Source of the DNA: a virus
Lineage: Duplodnaviria; Caudoviricetes
Length of the DNA: 64,000 nucleotides
Reading direction: 5' to 3' (one strand)
IMG/VR virus record: IMGVR_UViG_3300042257_000126
Location: 9,570 to 73,569 of that record
A program made the position numbers and the translations under genes. How positions within the stretch are numbered: position 1 is the stretch's first letter; every line of letters starts with the position of its first letter. This document shows positions 8,525-18,171 of the stretch, one piece after another. Below the pieces are notes generated by a model that saw only the letters and a program-made list of their open reading frames with translations, searched no databases and was not told the origin of the DNA.

Positions 8525-11500
8525 TTAACTTGCCTCTTTAGTTATGGATACTGTGAAAATTGAACTTGAAATACAGTGAATGTACACGTAAAATGTACCA
8601 TCTTCCAATGTTGCCGAACCGTCCAGAATTTTAGCCGATGCTGGCCAGCTTATTGTTGCACCACTTAACGTGAGTACTACTGTTATACTTTTATTTACCT
8701 GATAATTTGAGAATGAAACAGTACCGCTTGAAGGCGTGCAGAAAATTATTCCGTTTGCCGAAAAGTCCCAAGTAAGGGTGTTGTTTGTGGTTGAACTTTT
8801 CAGTGTTTCATCCACATTGCCGTAATCAATTACATTATCTGCTACTGTTGCAGCAACCGAACCAGTGCCGCTTGCTGTAACTTCACCGGTTAATGCAGTA
8901 ATGCCATCGCCTCCTGAACTTAACCCGGCTATACTGTCTGAAATTTCTCCACGCATTTGGGTGTAAGTAGGAATAAGGGTTGTGTCAACTTTTAGCACAT
9001 TGCCGCTGGTTCCGTCGCCTGTTAGCGTAATGTCTGAGTTTACTACATCATTACCCCAGTTATCTCCACCAGTAAGGATTATATTATCAACTGTAGCATC
9101 AATTTCATCAATTGCTGCTTGTACATCAGTAGCAGTAAGATTACTTGTAGTATTTGTATATGATACTTCTGCTGCAGTTTGGTCGTCGGTGCCCGAATCG
9201 CCCCATCGTGTAGTGTCGGCCTCCGTAATTTCGGTTTTGCTCCAATATCTTGTGCTATCAACACCAATCTCCACACCACCATTACCACCTAAATAAGTAA
9301 GAGAAATTCCATCTCCTGCGACCATATTCAAAGTATCAATGTCTTGATCTACTCGAACGCTGTCAATTAACAAGTCAAATCCTTTTGGAATATATGGCTG
9401 TTTGGGGTCACCACTTGAAGTATAATCGCTATCGTAATAAACAAACGTAATAGCCGATTCTACTTTCGTAGCCCTTGTTAAAGCGTTGTTAACTACGTAC
9501 ACTTGTCTTTGCATAAACTGTTTTGGGTCTTCATCGTAGGCATGAAAATACACATAGCCCAAACCACCAACAATAACATTGACTCCTGTGTTAAACACAC
9601 TTATAGTTACAGGCTGTGCGTGTATATCATACACAAAATCGCTTATTGCTTGTTCGTAGGCGTAATCATCACTATACTCGATGGTATTATTCCGTGAAAC
9701 ATAAATACCCATATCTAATCTTGCTTTTACCGTTCCATAGTCTTCGCCTGCTATCGTAGAAACAATATTATACGACGTTGGTGTGGCCGACAATGGAGTT
9801 ACAGGTGTAGATTCAAGCGTTATAATAGCGTCTGTATTGCCCTCTAAAAACTCTCTCCCAGAAGGAACCAAATATGTCTTAAAATCGCTTCTGTAATTCA
9901 AACAATCGCCACTGCCTGCTGTTAGGTACGATGTGGATTCAAACACCTTAGTAACGTTGTTTTCGTCGTACACCCACCAATACGGGTCTGCTACACCAAA
10001 ACCATGATGTGCATCTTCTCCTAACGAACATGTGGTTGCTGTCCACGCATCATTGTCAAACCCCGAATGGTCTGACCTGATTTTCTTGTAATAGATTCTA
10101 TCGTTAACGTCACTATACAAAACTAAGTATTCATCACCATCAACAACGCTCGTAGCTGCTGTTATATCATAATTCGTTACAGTACTTCCGTAAAACACGG
10201 GTGTTGGACTTGCCGATGTCTTATTTATATAATACGCTTCTCCTCTTGATATAGCGTATATGCCATCACTTGCACCTATTAGCCACTGTATTTCGTTGTC
10301 TGCTGCTGGCAAAACAATGGTAGTATCGTTTTCTATGTCGTATCTATAAACAGATGTTCCACTGGCCGTCCAGATATAATTTTCCTCTGAGTATGATTTA
10401 TTAGCAGCCCAGTCAGCCGTTGGTGCATTACTTAAACTCAACGCTGTGCCTTCTGATATATCATAAGAATACAAATAACCCGAAAAAGCAATATAGGCAT
10501 CTGGTTCGTGAATAAACCTATCGAGCGCAGAAGCAATATGAACCCTTCCCGGACTTGCATAGCTCAATACTATGTTCTTTCCGGCAACTAAATTAAGCGT
10601 ATCTATGCTTGTTTCCTGCAAGGCATTATTTATAAATAAATCTACACTTGGATCAACATCGCTTAAAAAATCTTCTACGTGAAGTTTGTAATGAATCCCT
10701 GCGGAAGCATCATAAAAAGCAAACCAGTCCGCAGCATTATCAACTGTACTGACAAAGGCAGGCAACGATGGGATACTTACAGCCAAGTTTATATCATTTT
10801 CCATAGAACCACCACCTGTCAATCCAGTTCCTGCGGTTATTGTTTTTAATGCCAAGTCTAAATCAATGGTGCTATCACCTGACGCAAGATTGACAGTAAG
10901 CAAGTCCGTCAAAGAAGCAATTCCCCTAAAGTCGAGTATAGTGTCTGTTTTTTGTTCAAACACCCCCACGCCACGACTATTAACATTCCTCGCAAGGTTG
11001 GTTTCCCCAAAACCAGAAGGTAAATCCTGCCATACGGCAGTATCACCCGAAGCCACTAAGTACATTCCAGCCACAGCACCACCATTGTAGATGTTGGTAT
11101 GACTTAGGCTGTCTTTGTCTATAAAAATATACCCGTAAGTATTAATATCTCCCCCAACGTTCAAATCAAACGAATCTACCAATGCGGTATTTATGTGAAC
11201 CTTCGTGCCGTAATCTTCGTTGTTGTAAATATAGACACCATCGTTTAACCAATACCTTTCTAATCCTTCAAGGTCTAACACCTTCCACGTAAACTTAGCA
11301 TCCGAAGATACACGCATCCATTTATCGGTAGCTGATGGATTTTTGCTCCATGTTACAGAATCGGAACTGAACTCATGGTACGTCACATCTGTCAAATAAA
11401 CCGTTGTATCAGCCGACTTCATAAAATCCACGTCAACAATAAGTGAATCCTTAGCCCGTATTAAATTATCGTAATACCCAAATATGACTTGACTATTAGA

Positions 11501-11545
11501 AGCCACAGCCAAAAACATAAACGCTATAAAAAGTATTTTCTTCAT
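8525..11545 (-). CDS. tail-fibre/adhesin-like protein with signal peptide
   Basis: Start moved to MKKILFIAFMFLAVASNS/Q, downstream of a TATCTTTG box; fibre motifs ITAGTGLTGGG, TATDVQAAIDE, GITALTGEVTASG. Confidence 0.75.
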   Translation of the reverse strand: MKKILFIAFMFLAVASNSQVIFGYYDNLIRAKDSLIVDVDFMKSADTTVYLTDVTYHEFSSDSVTWSKNPSATDKWMRVSSDAKFTWKVLDLEGLERYWLNDGVYIYNNEDYGTKVHINTALVDSFDLNVGGDINTYGYIFIDKDSLSHTNIYNGGAVAGMYLVASGDTAVWQDLPSGFGETNLARNVNSRGVGVFEQKTDTILDFRGIASLTDLLTVNLASGDSTIDLDLALKTITAGTGLTGGGSMENDINLAVSIPSLPAFVSTVDNAADWFAFYDASAGIHYKLHVEDFLSDVDPSVDLFINNALQETSIDTLNLVAGKNIVLSYASPGRVHIASALDRFIHEPDAYIAFSGYLYSYDISEGTALSLSNAPTADWAANKSYSEENYIWTASGTSVYRYDIENDTTIVLPAADNEIQWLIGASDGIYAISRGEAYYINKTSASPTPVFYGSTVTNYDITAATSVVDGDEYLVLYSDVNDRIYYKKIRSDHSGFDNDAWTATTCSLGEDAHHGFGVADPYWWVYDENNVTKVFESTSYLTAGSGDCLNYRSDFKTYLVPSGREFLEGNTDAIITLESTPVTPLSATPTSYNIVSTIAGEDYGTVKARLDMGIYVSRNNTIEYSDDYAYEQAISDFVYDIHAQPVTISVFNTGVNVIVGGLGYVYFHAYDEDPKQFMQRQVYVVNNALTRATKVESAITFVYYDSDYTSSGDPKQPYIPKGFDLLIDSVRVDQDIDTLNMVAGDGISLTYLGGNGGVEIGVDSTRYWSKTEITEADTTRWGDSGTDDQTAAEVSYTNTTSNLTATDVQAAIDEIDATVDNIILTGGDNWGNDVVNSDITLTGDGTSGNVLKVDTTLIPTYTQMRGEISDSIAGLSSGGDGITALTGEVTASGTGSVAATVADNVIDYGNVDETLKSSTTNNTLTWDFSANGIIFCTPSSGTVSFSNYQVNKSITVVLTLSGATISWPASAKILDGSATLEDGTFYVYIHCISSSIFTVSITKEAS

Positions 11546-11573
11546 GTTTCTATTTTTAGCAAAGATACAACCT

Positions 11574-12056
11574 TTACACGAAGGATATATTTTTGCCTGT
11601 TTCAAACAGATACCACTCTGCTTCACGCCGCTTAACTAATCCGTTTAGCTTCACACCGCCTGCCGTAATGTAAGTTGACAACCACCAATCTTTTATGTTA
11701 CCCCTTTCATTTACCAACCTGAACAGCGTTTCCGATCCACCTGTATTGTAAGTATGTGAAACAAGTGCATCGAACTCATGTTGTTTCAGTCCTTTTGTGT
11801 TCTTGAGTACAATCGCTTCATACCGTGGCAGGTCTTTCTTCAACAACGCCTCGGCTTCTTCTTCTGTTATCGTCATTAGATTTGGGTACTTCTTTGCCAG
11901 TTCTTCAAGACTGCCTTTCCCAAGTGCGTGTCCGTATCCTACTGTCCACACGCCGGCAGGACAAAGTTTCGGTTGTAGCCCAATCTTCGTTAAGTCTCCG
12001 TCGTGGGTTCCCTCAAAAAATTTTATAAGCTGTACGCCGTTTTCGCTTGTTTTCAT
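11574..12056 (-). CDS. endolysin, GH24 lysozyme
   Basis: LIKFFEG...CPAGVWTVGYGH...FDALVSHTYNTG...LNGLVKRREAE. Confidence 0.93.
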   Translation of the reverse strand: MKTSENGVQLIKFFEGTHDGDLTKIGLQPKLCPAGVWTVGYGHALGKGSLEELAKKYPNLMTITEEEAEALLKKDLPRYEAIVLKNTKGLKQHEFDALVSHTYNTGGSETLFRLVNERGNIKDWWLSTYITAGGVKLNGLVKRREAEWYLFETGKNISFV

Positions 12057-12187
12057 GCGTTATTTTATTTGAGTGGTATATTTTATCGTTTGCGTAGAGA
12101 TCGTTGCTCAGATCGTCTTAAACGCCCTCTGACAGCAAAAAGGCTGCCGAAGTAGCCCTGAATGTTTCTAATAGTTCCAAAGGTGAA

Positions 12188-12877
12188 CTAAATCACATAC
12201 GGTTCCCAATACCTGTTATAAGGTATATCACCATCGGGTTTAGTTGTATTAGCATTTATTTTATTTATCCATAATCCATCTTCTAATGTCGGATAATGAA
12301 CAATAACGCCTGTTGCATAAGCATCATGCGCCCCGGTAGGTTGTACCCAAACCGGATAATCTTCTCCTGTATGTATTTTCGTCCATATTGCAGGAACTAA
12401 ATCAGGTGTTTGCCCTTCCACTGTCAAGGTTTGACCCGCTCCTGTAAATTCGTACTGTTCACCATTATATACTCGCTTCCATCCGGGTTTTACATACTCA
12501 TTTGGAATCCATTCTAAATCATCTGAATTTTCACGGAAATAAGTAAATAAAGTCGGTACAGTTTCCGGGTCAAAGTGTGCGTATTCTTCCCTATTGTGGT
12601 CTGAGGCAACAATTAACAAGTGCGAATAAGTTCCTTCATATCGGAAAATAGTACCCTTTGTAACCATGCCAGTTTCCGGTAATTCAACTATATCCTGAAC
12701 ATCACCGTTTGCCGCTTCAATCTTTACCTTTGCCTCTGACAAATCTTCATCTGACAAACAACGTTCAGGAATGATATAATTTCCGTCAGGTAGTGGGATA
12801 GGCTCAATTGCGCTATACTTGCCGTATCTGCCTTTAATTTGCTCGGCTTGTTGTGCTGAAATGATTATATGACTCAT
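12188..12877 (-). CDS. tail-associated protein with CBM5/12-like module
   Basis: WVQPTGAHDAYATG motif shared with 6865-7617; no signal peptide. Confidence 0.7.
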   Translation of the reverse strand: MSHIIISAQQAEQIKGRYGKYSAIEPIPLPDGNYIIPERCLSDEDLSEAKVKIEAANGDVQDIVELPETGMVTKGTIFRYEGTYSHLLIVASDHNREEYAHFDPETVPTLFTYFRENSDDLEWIPNEYVKPGWKRVYNGEQYEFTGAGQTLTVEGQTPDLVPAIWTKIHTGEDYPVWVQPTGAHDAYATGVIVHYPTLEDGLWINKINANTTKPDGDIPYNRYWEPYVI

Positions 12878-13749
12878 GATATTACTCCTTTCCCGTTAGA
12901 ATCCATGTAGGCTTCGAAGGCATCGCAAACAACATTGTTTTCTGCCGCAGTTAATGCTCGTGAAAAAAACGCAAAAGATATTTGTCGTTGCGAAAAAGCC
13001 AATGGTGTACCCCCATTGTTAGCAGAAAGCAAATACATTTCAAAGTCAGTCATCGCAATATCGGAATTATGTAGTTTTGTTCCCATTAGCGACTTATTAT
13101 TATATACTTTTATACTTCCAGAATCTATTCTGTTTGCCGTGAACAATCCTGTCGTGTTTGAATTGGTCACAAGACTGTCGGGTGCACCTGCTGATGTGCC
13201 ATTTATAATTGCTCTTATTGCATTGTCTGCAATCATACTAAGTCCGAACACATTTACCTTAGATGAAGATGAATCGCGTCCTCCAATTTCATACTGGTCT
13301 TTTCCTATAATATTTGTCCTCGAATAAACCCCCATCCCAGCATCATTTAAGGTAAAGTTTACATGATTAGAAAGGGGCTTGTAGTTACTTCTAATGTAAC
13401 TGTCTATAGCATTTCCTGCAAACCCTTCAAATGCTGTGAAGGCAGGAGAATTAACAGCCGTGGCGTGGTGAGCATTTTTAACAAGGTTTCGCAATCCTGC
13501 CTCTGCTGTTTCATTTCCAAGAACGTACATTACATCAAAAACATCCGACAAAGCATTTATGTTAAGTCCGGTTTTTAACGCCTTAATAAAGGTATCAAGT
13601 TTTATAACTTGTGCCGAAGAAAGTGGCGTTGTTAGTCCCGAAATGTAGGCTTCTATTTCAGGTGATAGGTTCAACTTTGAGCCAATGTGTGCGCCTTTCC
13701 CTATCACACGCCCTATCGTCTTATATAGTGGTCTTCCTATTGTTTTCAT
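12874..13749 (-). CDS. ConA/laminin-G-like lectin-fold tail protein (putative)
   Basis: Beta-rich; IKVYNNK...AFAFFSRALTAAE resembles a LamG C-terminus. Confidence 0.55.
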   Translation of the reverse strand: MKTIGRPLYKTIGRVIGKGAHIGSKLNLSPEIEAYISGLTTPLSSAQVIKLDTFIKALKTGLNINALSDVFDVMYVLGNETAEAGLRNLVKNAHHATAVNSPAFTAFEGFAGNAIDSYIRSNYKPLSNHVNFTLNDAGMGVYSRTNIIGKDQYEIGGRDSSSSKVNVFGLSMIADNAIRAIINGTSAGAPDSLVTNSNTTGLFTANRIDSGSIKVYNNKSLMGTKLHNSDIAMTDFEMYLLSANNGGTPLAFSQRQISFAFFSRALTAAENNVVCDAFEAYMDSNGKGVIS

Positions 13750-14135
13750 TAGTTGTCGTTGTCACCCGGTTTGATAATATACGCTACGTTGCCCGTTTCT
13801 GTGGTTCTCGTTAAACTAATCCGACACAAAACTCTACGCGGCACGTAGAACGATTCCACGGTTGCCGTATCCTTAACCAGTGTCCCTGTTATATCCGTGT
13901 CAGATGAATCTTTTGCTGTCGCCCAATTAGTTCCGTCTAAGCTAACCTGCAATGTCCACGTTACGCTGTCGCTAATGTCGTCTGAAAATAGTTGAAAAGT
14001 GAACTTCTCTGCTTTGTCTGCTTCTACATATCCGTCAGCCAGCGTGCCGTTTCTCAATGTCAGTTGTGGAATTATAGTATCGACTGCGACATCTACTGTT
14101 CCCTTGTACCGTGTGTTGTTTTCGTTGTATATCAT
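13749..14135 (-). CDS. small structural protein
   Basis: TLQVSLDGTNW motif common in phage virion proteins. Confidence 0.65.
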   Translation of the reverse strand: MIYNENNTRYKGTVDVAVDTIIPQLTLRNGTLADGYVEADKAEKFTFQLFSDDISDSVTWTLQVSLDGTNWATAKDSSDTDITGTLVKDTATVESFYVPRRVLCRISLTRTTETGNVAYIIKPGDNDN

Positions 14136-14201
14136 GTTCTATTTTTTTACAAATATATTACTATTATAGATTATTATCCAATAAGCCACACACACGTTTC
14201 A

Positions 14202-16550
14202 TTAATTCGATTCTCCGTATGTTAGCATTACATAGGTATTCGTGCCATCACTCACACAATCAAACGCTATCGAAGTGGTCTTATTCAGCGTTGACGATAC
14301 GATTCCAAACTCTATTTCTGTTAGCCCAGTTAACCCCGCATCAGAAAATGTGTTGACTGTTATTCCGCTTGGATTAGTAGCGATATTAAGATATATCACA
14401 CCACCAACCCCACTTGAAAGATTATGGATATTCACAACCAACGCACCTGCGTTATCTACCCGATACGCTCCTACGTTGCCATTCATTACATCGTGGGTTA
14501 TATCACCTGTCTCTGTCCCGCTTAACACGTCTTGTTTTAACATCTGAACAGTTAACGTACTGTCAAAATCAGCCGTGTTAGCACTGGTATTTCCAATCGC
14601 CAGCACATCATCCAAACTTTGAGAATTATAATCCGTACCATCCACAGCAGCCGAAATACTCCCTGCACCGTTCGCTTTTACAATTCCATTGACTGCCCCA
14701 ACGATAGGGTCTGTTTCCGCCTCAAGAAACCCTGTTATAACAGCATCAACACTCCCACCCGCATCTGTAACCGCAATCGTGTTTGTGCCATTATTCCAGC
14801 TCATTCCCGTGTTCAATTCATTGGTTGTTGACCCGTCCACCTCTGTCGTCAAGTAGTTTTGGAGATCAGATATTTGGTTTTCTGTTATGAGGAAACCAGT
14901 TGTGTCGTAATCAGCAATCAAAGTGTTTAAAATAGTATCACCCCCTATAAACAACGTGTCCAAGCTAAATGTAACATAAGTAGAATCTACCGTAGCACTA
15001 ATATAAGGAGTAGGATCGTCATAAGTAAAGCTAACATGTCTCGTGTCTGCCAAAATATACCCAACAGCATCTTGTGCTTGTTCGTCTGTATAACCCCCTG
15101 CACCAATAGTCGTGCTATCCACGTAAGCCTTTGATGCCAATATTAAATTGTCAGCAAGACCTGGTGCTTCTTTTTGTATGGCTATGGCGGTGTCCCCTGA
15201 CAGAAATAATGTATCCACAGACACCCACGTAAAAATAGAATCAATGCTACCTAAATTGGTTATCTGACTTTGATCTATTCTAAACCCAGTGGTGTCGTAG
15301 TTCGCTATTATGTTGTCAACGATAGTATCGCTCCCCACGAAAAGAGTATCTGTGTTTAGCCACACAAAAGTCGAATCATAACTTGCAGACAACAAATAAG
15401 CAGAAGCCGCCACGCCACCCAACGAATCTGCATCAGGTGAGTTTATTACCGTCAACTCCTGATTGATTACTGTTATCGTAGAATCGTCCACACTTTGATT
15501 TAGGTATCCTATCGTAGTGTCTGTCGCGCTCGCATATACCCGACCAATATCTGCCACAGTTGACAACAACGAATCCACGTTTCTTATCGCAATATAATGC
15601 ACCCACGCTGAATCAATAACCGATAAAACCTTAAATCCATCTGTCGCTAAACTATCGTACTGTAAGTCCTGTCTGTTACCGTTATCCAAAACAGCATAAA
15701 GAGAAGCCATGATATAGTCAGCGGCAGGTAGCGGTGAACTAAATTCTATATTCGTATCACCCGATGCTACCCTCACTGTATCTGTTCGCCAGTAATCATT
15801 TTCCCCGTTCACAGGGTCTAACGTCAAGTCAAGATACACTTTCCCTGCACCTAAATTCTCCAAGTGATCAGCCGGCACAACGAGTTCAACAACGTTTTCC
15901 ACCGAAGGATCGTCATCAATCTCCGAAACAGTCAGTTCACCCGACGCCCCTGCACCAATCAAATCAGGGTGTGGCTCCCAGTTGCCTGTAATCTCATTGT
16001 ACTTTAACACGTACCCATCTGCCACGCCTGTCGTGTCCACATCTTCGTTGTCACCTATATAGATAACCAATTCGTGTGTGTGTGTCAACGTGTCCTGATA
16101 GTTCACAGTAGAACCTGTTATTGTGTCTGGCTGTGGTATCTTAACAAATTCTCCCACCAACACGGTATCCACTAAAGTTCCATAGTCCACAAAGATTGTG
16201 TCAACGCTGCCACCACCCTCTTGTATCGCTCCGTTGCAGGTACAGAAGTTAAACACCCACCAGTCATCGTGATAACCCGACAGTCCTGTATAGGGATTGG
16301 TTGTGTTCGATGTCGTATTGGCAAACCGAATATAACAATCACCTTCTTGGAAGTCTTTTCTCCACGTTAGCGAGTCCGCACTAAATTCGTGGTAGGTTAT
16401 ATCCTGAACGGGTGTATAAGTCCCCTGATAGACAAAATGCAGATTCGTCTGCAAAATTTCAATCGCACGCACGTACCTCTCCACAAGTCCTTGTGCGTTT
16501 GTTACGACCGTAACCATTACCAGTATAAACAATATCCAAAGTTTCTTCAT
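14202..16550 (-). CDS. tail-fibre-like protein with signal peptide
   Basis: MKKLWILFILVMVTVVTNA/Q; YTDEQAQDAVG, TEVDGSTTNEL, QSLDDVLAIGN; internal DTLF-x-G-x-DT repeats. Confidence 0.75.
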   Translation of the reverse strand: MKKLWILFILVMVTVVTNAQGLVERYVRAIEILQTNLHFVYQGTYTPVQDITYHEFSADSLTWRKDFQEGDCYIRFANTTSNTTNPYTGLSGYHDDWWVFNFCTCNGAIQEGGGSVDTIFVDYGTLVDTVLVGEFVKIPQPDTITGSTVNYQDTLTHTHELVIYIGDNEDVDTTGVADGYVLKYNEITGNWEPHPDLIGAGASGELTVSEIDDDPSVENVVELVVPADHLENLGAGKVYLDLTLDPVNGENDYWRTDTVRVASGDTNIEFSSPLPAADYIMASLYAVLDNGNRQDLQYDSLATDGFKVLSVIDSAWVHYIAIRNVDSLLSTVADIGRVYASATDTTIGYLNQSVDDSTITVINQELTVINSPDADSLGGVAASAYLLSASYDSTFVWLNTDTLFVGSDTIVDNIIANYDTTGFRIDQSQITNLGSIDSIFTWVSVDTLFLSGDTAIAIQKEAPGLADNLILASKAYVDSTTIGAGGYTDEQAQDAVGYILADTRHVSFTYDDPTPYISATVDSTYVTFSLDTLFIGGDTILNTLIADYDTTGFLITENQISDLQNYLTTEVDGSTTNELNTGMSWNNGTNTIAVTDAGGSVDAVITGFLEAETDPIVGAVNGIVKANGAGSISAAVDGTDYNSQSLDDVLAIGNTSANTADFDSTLTVQMLKQDVLSGTETGDITHDVMNGNVGAYRVDNAGALVVNIHNLSSGVGGVIYLNIATNPSGITVNTFSDAGLTGLTEIEFGIVSSTLNKTTSIAFDCVSDGTNTYVMLTYGESN

Positions 16551-16555
16551 TATTT

Positions 16556-17143
16556 CTATGTATCTAATTCTGCTACATAATTAAGTGTTCCTGCCTCCAA
16601 AACATCATCATACACGAACCCGCTTGCGTACTTCGCACTTACAACGATATTTCTCTGTTCGTATCCCGATGCTGTTTTTACATATACAGTAAGCCTGTAA
16701 TTAGAACTTGCCAACGGCGAAGCTACTCCGTTTTTAATAAACGTTACAGTTCCGCTTCCTGCTGATACAGCAACTTCTCCTGCACGATAATGGTCGTCTG
16801 TTGTAGAATCAGTTCCGGGCACACACGTTCCACTATCTCCGTCATCTGTTACCACGTTTGAGTAATCAGACAAATCTACGTCTGAAAATATGCCGTTGTA
16901 GTGCCATATCTTCCCGTTTAACGAAGCCAAACTTGCACCTGATAGTTCGGTATCCCCAACGTATAAAAGTCCCCCAGATTCTCTTATTTCGCTTAACACG
17001 CCCCACAGGTAGTGTAATCTCAAACAGTGATCCAGTATATCCGAAATCTCATCCGTGCCATTGAACATTGCATCTACCAATCCATTGCTGTACTGAACAA
17101 GTACACTGGCACAGTTTTCTTTTATGTATTCAAACTTAGTCAT
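16556..17143 (-). CDS. putative tail/collar structural protein
   Basis: Late-block position; C-terminal domain resembles an internal domain of 14202-16550. Confidence 0.65.
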   Translation of the reverse strand: MTKFEYIKENCASVLVQYSNGLVDAMFNGTDEISDILDHCLRLHYLWGVLSEIRESGGLLYVGDTELSGASLASLNGKIWHYNGIFSDVDLSDYSNVVTDDGDSGTCVPGTDSTTDDHYRAGEVAVSAGSGTVTFIKNGVASPLASSNYRLTVYVKTASGYEQRNIVVSAKYASGFVYDDVLEAGTLNYVAELDT

Positions 17144-17648
17144 ACTGCAATATTTGTTTTAACAGGGCAAGCCTCGAAGTGAAATCCACGCGTTTCTGCA
17201 ACGTCGGGTCTTGATCTTCGATAGCGTCCATCTCCGCAACGAGCATGTGCGCTGTGTGAAGCACCCTGTCAATCCGAAAGTCAGGTGCATACACATCAAC
17301 GAATCCATGTTTACTGTAAACTTTTCCCTTAGCGGTCAGCGTGTACCCTATACCTGCTTTGTTGGACAGATAAGCATCACTATCCCCTGACAGTTCAAGT
17401 GAATAGAAATCGTCTGCCACGCTGCTGCCGATAACATCTGACACCGCCAAAGACACTTCTCCATCTGCTTTCAGCGTTGCCAGTTCACCCGCTGTGAGCG
17501 TGTAGGTATTGTCTGCCGTTGAAAGGTCGTCTGAGTAAAGGTTAACAACCATAGACGACACGCTGGTCAGGCTTGTGCTATCTGTTTGCTTAACGGTAAT
17601 TTCCGTCTGAGCCTTATTCTTTGAACATTTAATTTTAAAAGTTGCCAT
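17136..17648 (-). CDS. putative structural protein
   Basis: 170-aa coupled ORF in the late block. Confidence 0.65.
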   Translation of the reverse strand: MATFKIKCSKNKAQTEITVKQTDSTSLTSVSSMVVNLYSDDLSTADNTYTLTAGELATLKADGEVSLAVSDVIGSSVADDFYSLELSGDSDAYLSNKAGIGYTLTAKGKVYSKHGFVDVYAPDFRIDRVLHTAHMLVAEMDAIEDQDPTLQKRVDFTSRLALLKQILQYD

Positions 17649-18070
17649 TATTCTTTTACGCTTCTTGATTTGTAATTAAAAATCCTCAACAATCCTTCCT
17701 TAGTTTTTTCATTAAACGCCTTAGCTTCGTCAACATATCCAGCACGATCAAGTGCATCAGTTTGCCGGTCAACAACCTCCCCCAAACTCATAAGCAATTC
17801 CTGTTTTGTTGCAAAATCAGCATCCACAAGATTGTCAACGGTGTTCTTAATGGTAAAACCACCTATCACAAACGGAACAATCACCGTTATAAAAAATGTA
17901 ATGGCGATGTTCCTGAATACCGATAGTGTCTTTTCCATGTGGTTAATTCTTTTATCAAGCAAATCCTGATACAATGCAATCTGCTTTTCGTTTACCTCAG
18001 CCTGCTGTTTTAGTTTGCCAAATAGTTCTCTCGCTTCACTAATTAGTTTACTTAATTCTTCGTCATACAT
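17648..18070 (-). CDS. coiled-coil plus single-TM protein (holin-like candidate)
   Basis: Start moved to MYDEEL, downstream of TATCTTTG at 18089-18096; TM IAITFFITVIVPFVIGGF. Confidence 0.6.
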   Translation of the reverse strand: MYDEELSKLISEARELFGKLKQQAEVNEKQIALYQDLLDKRINHMEKTLSVFRNIAITFFITVIVPFVIGGFTIKNTVDNLVDADFATKQELLMSLGEVVDRQTDALDRAGYVDEAKAFNEKTKEGLLRIFNYKSRSVKE

Positions 18071-18116
18071 GGGCTGGTACTTTTCACACAAAGATACACA
18101 CTTAACCATGCTATAC

Positions 18117-18146
18117 AAAAAAAGCCCCACTTCAACAAGTGAGGCT
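18117..18146 (-). terminator. intrinsic terminator after the giant protein gene
   Basis: AGCCTCACT/AGTGGGGCT hairpin plus T7 on the minus strand. Confidence 0.75.
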
Positions 18147-18171
18147 ACAATCTCAAAACATTTTAATCAAA

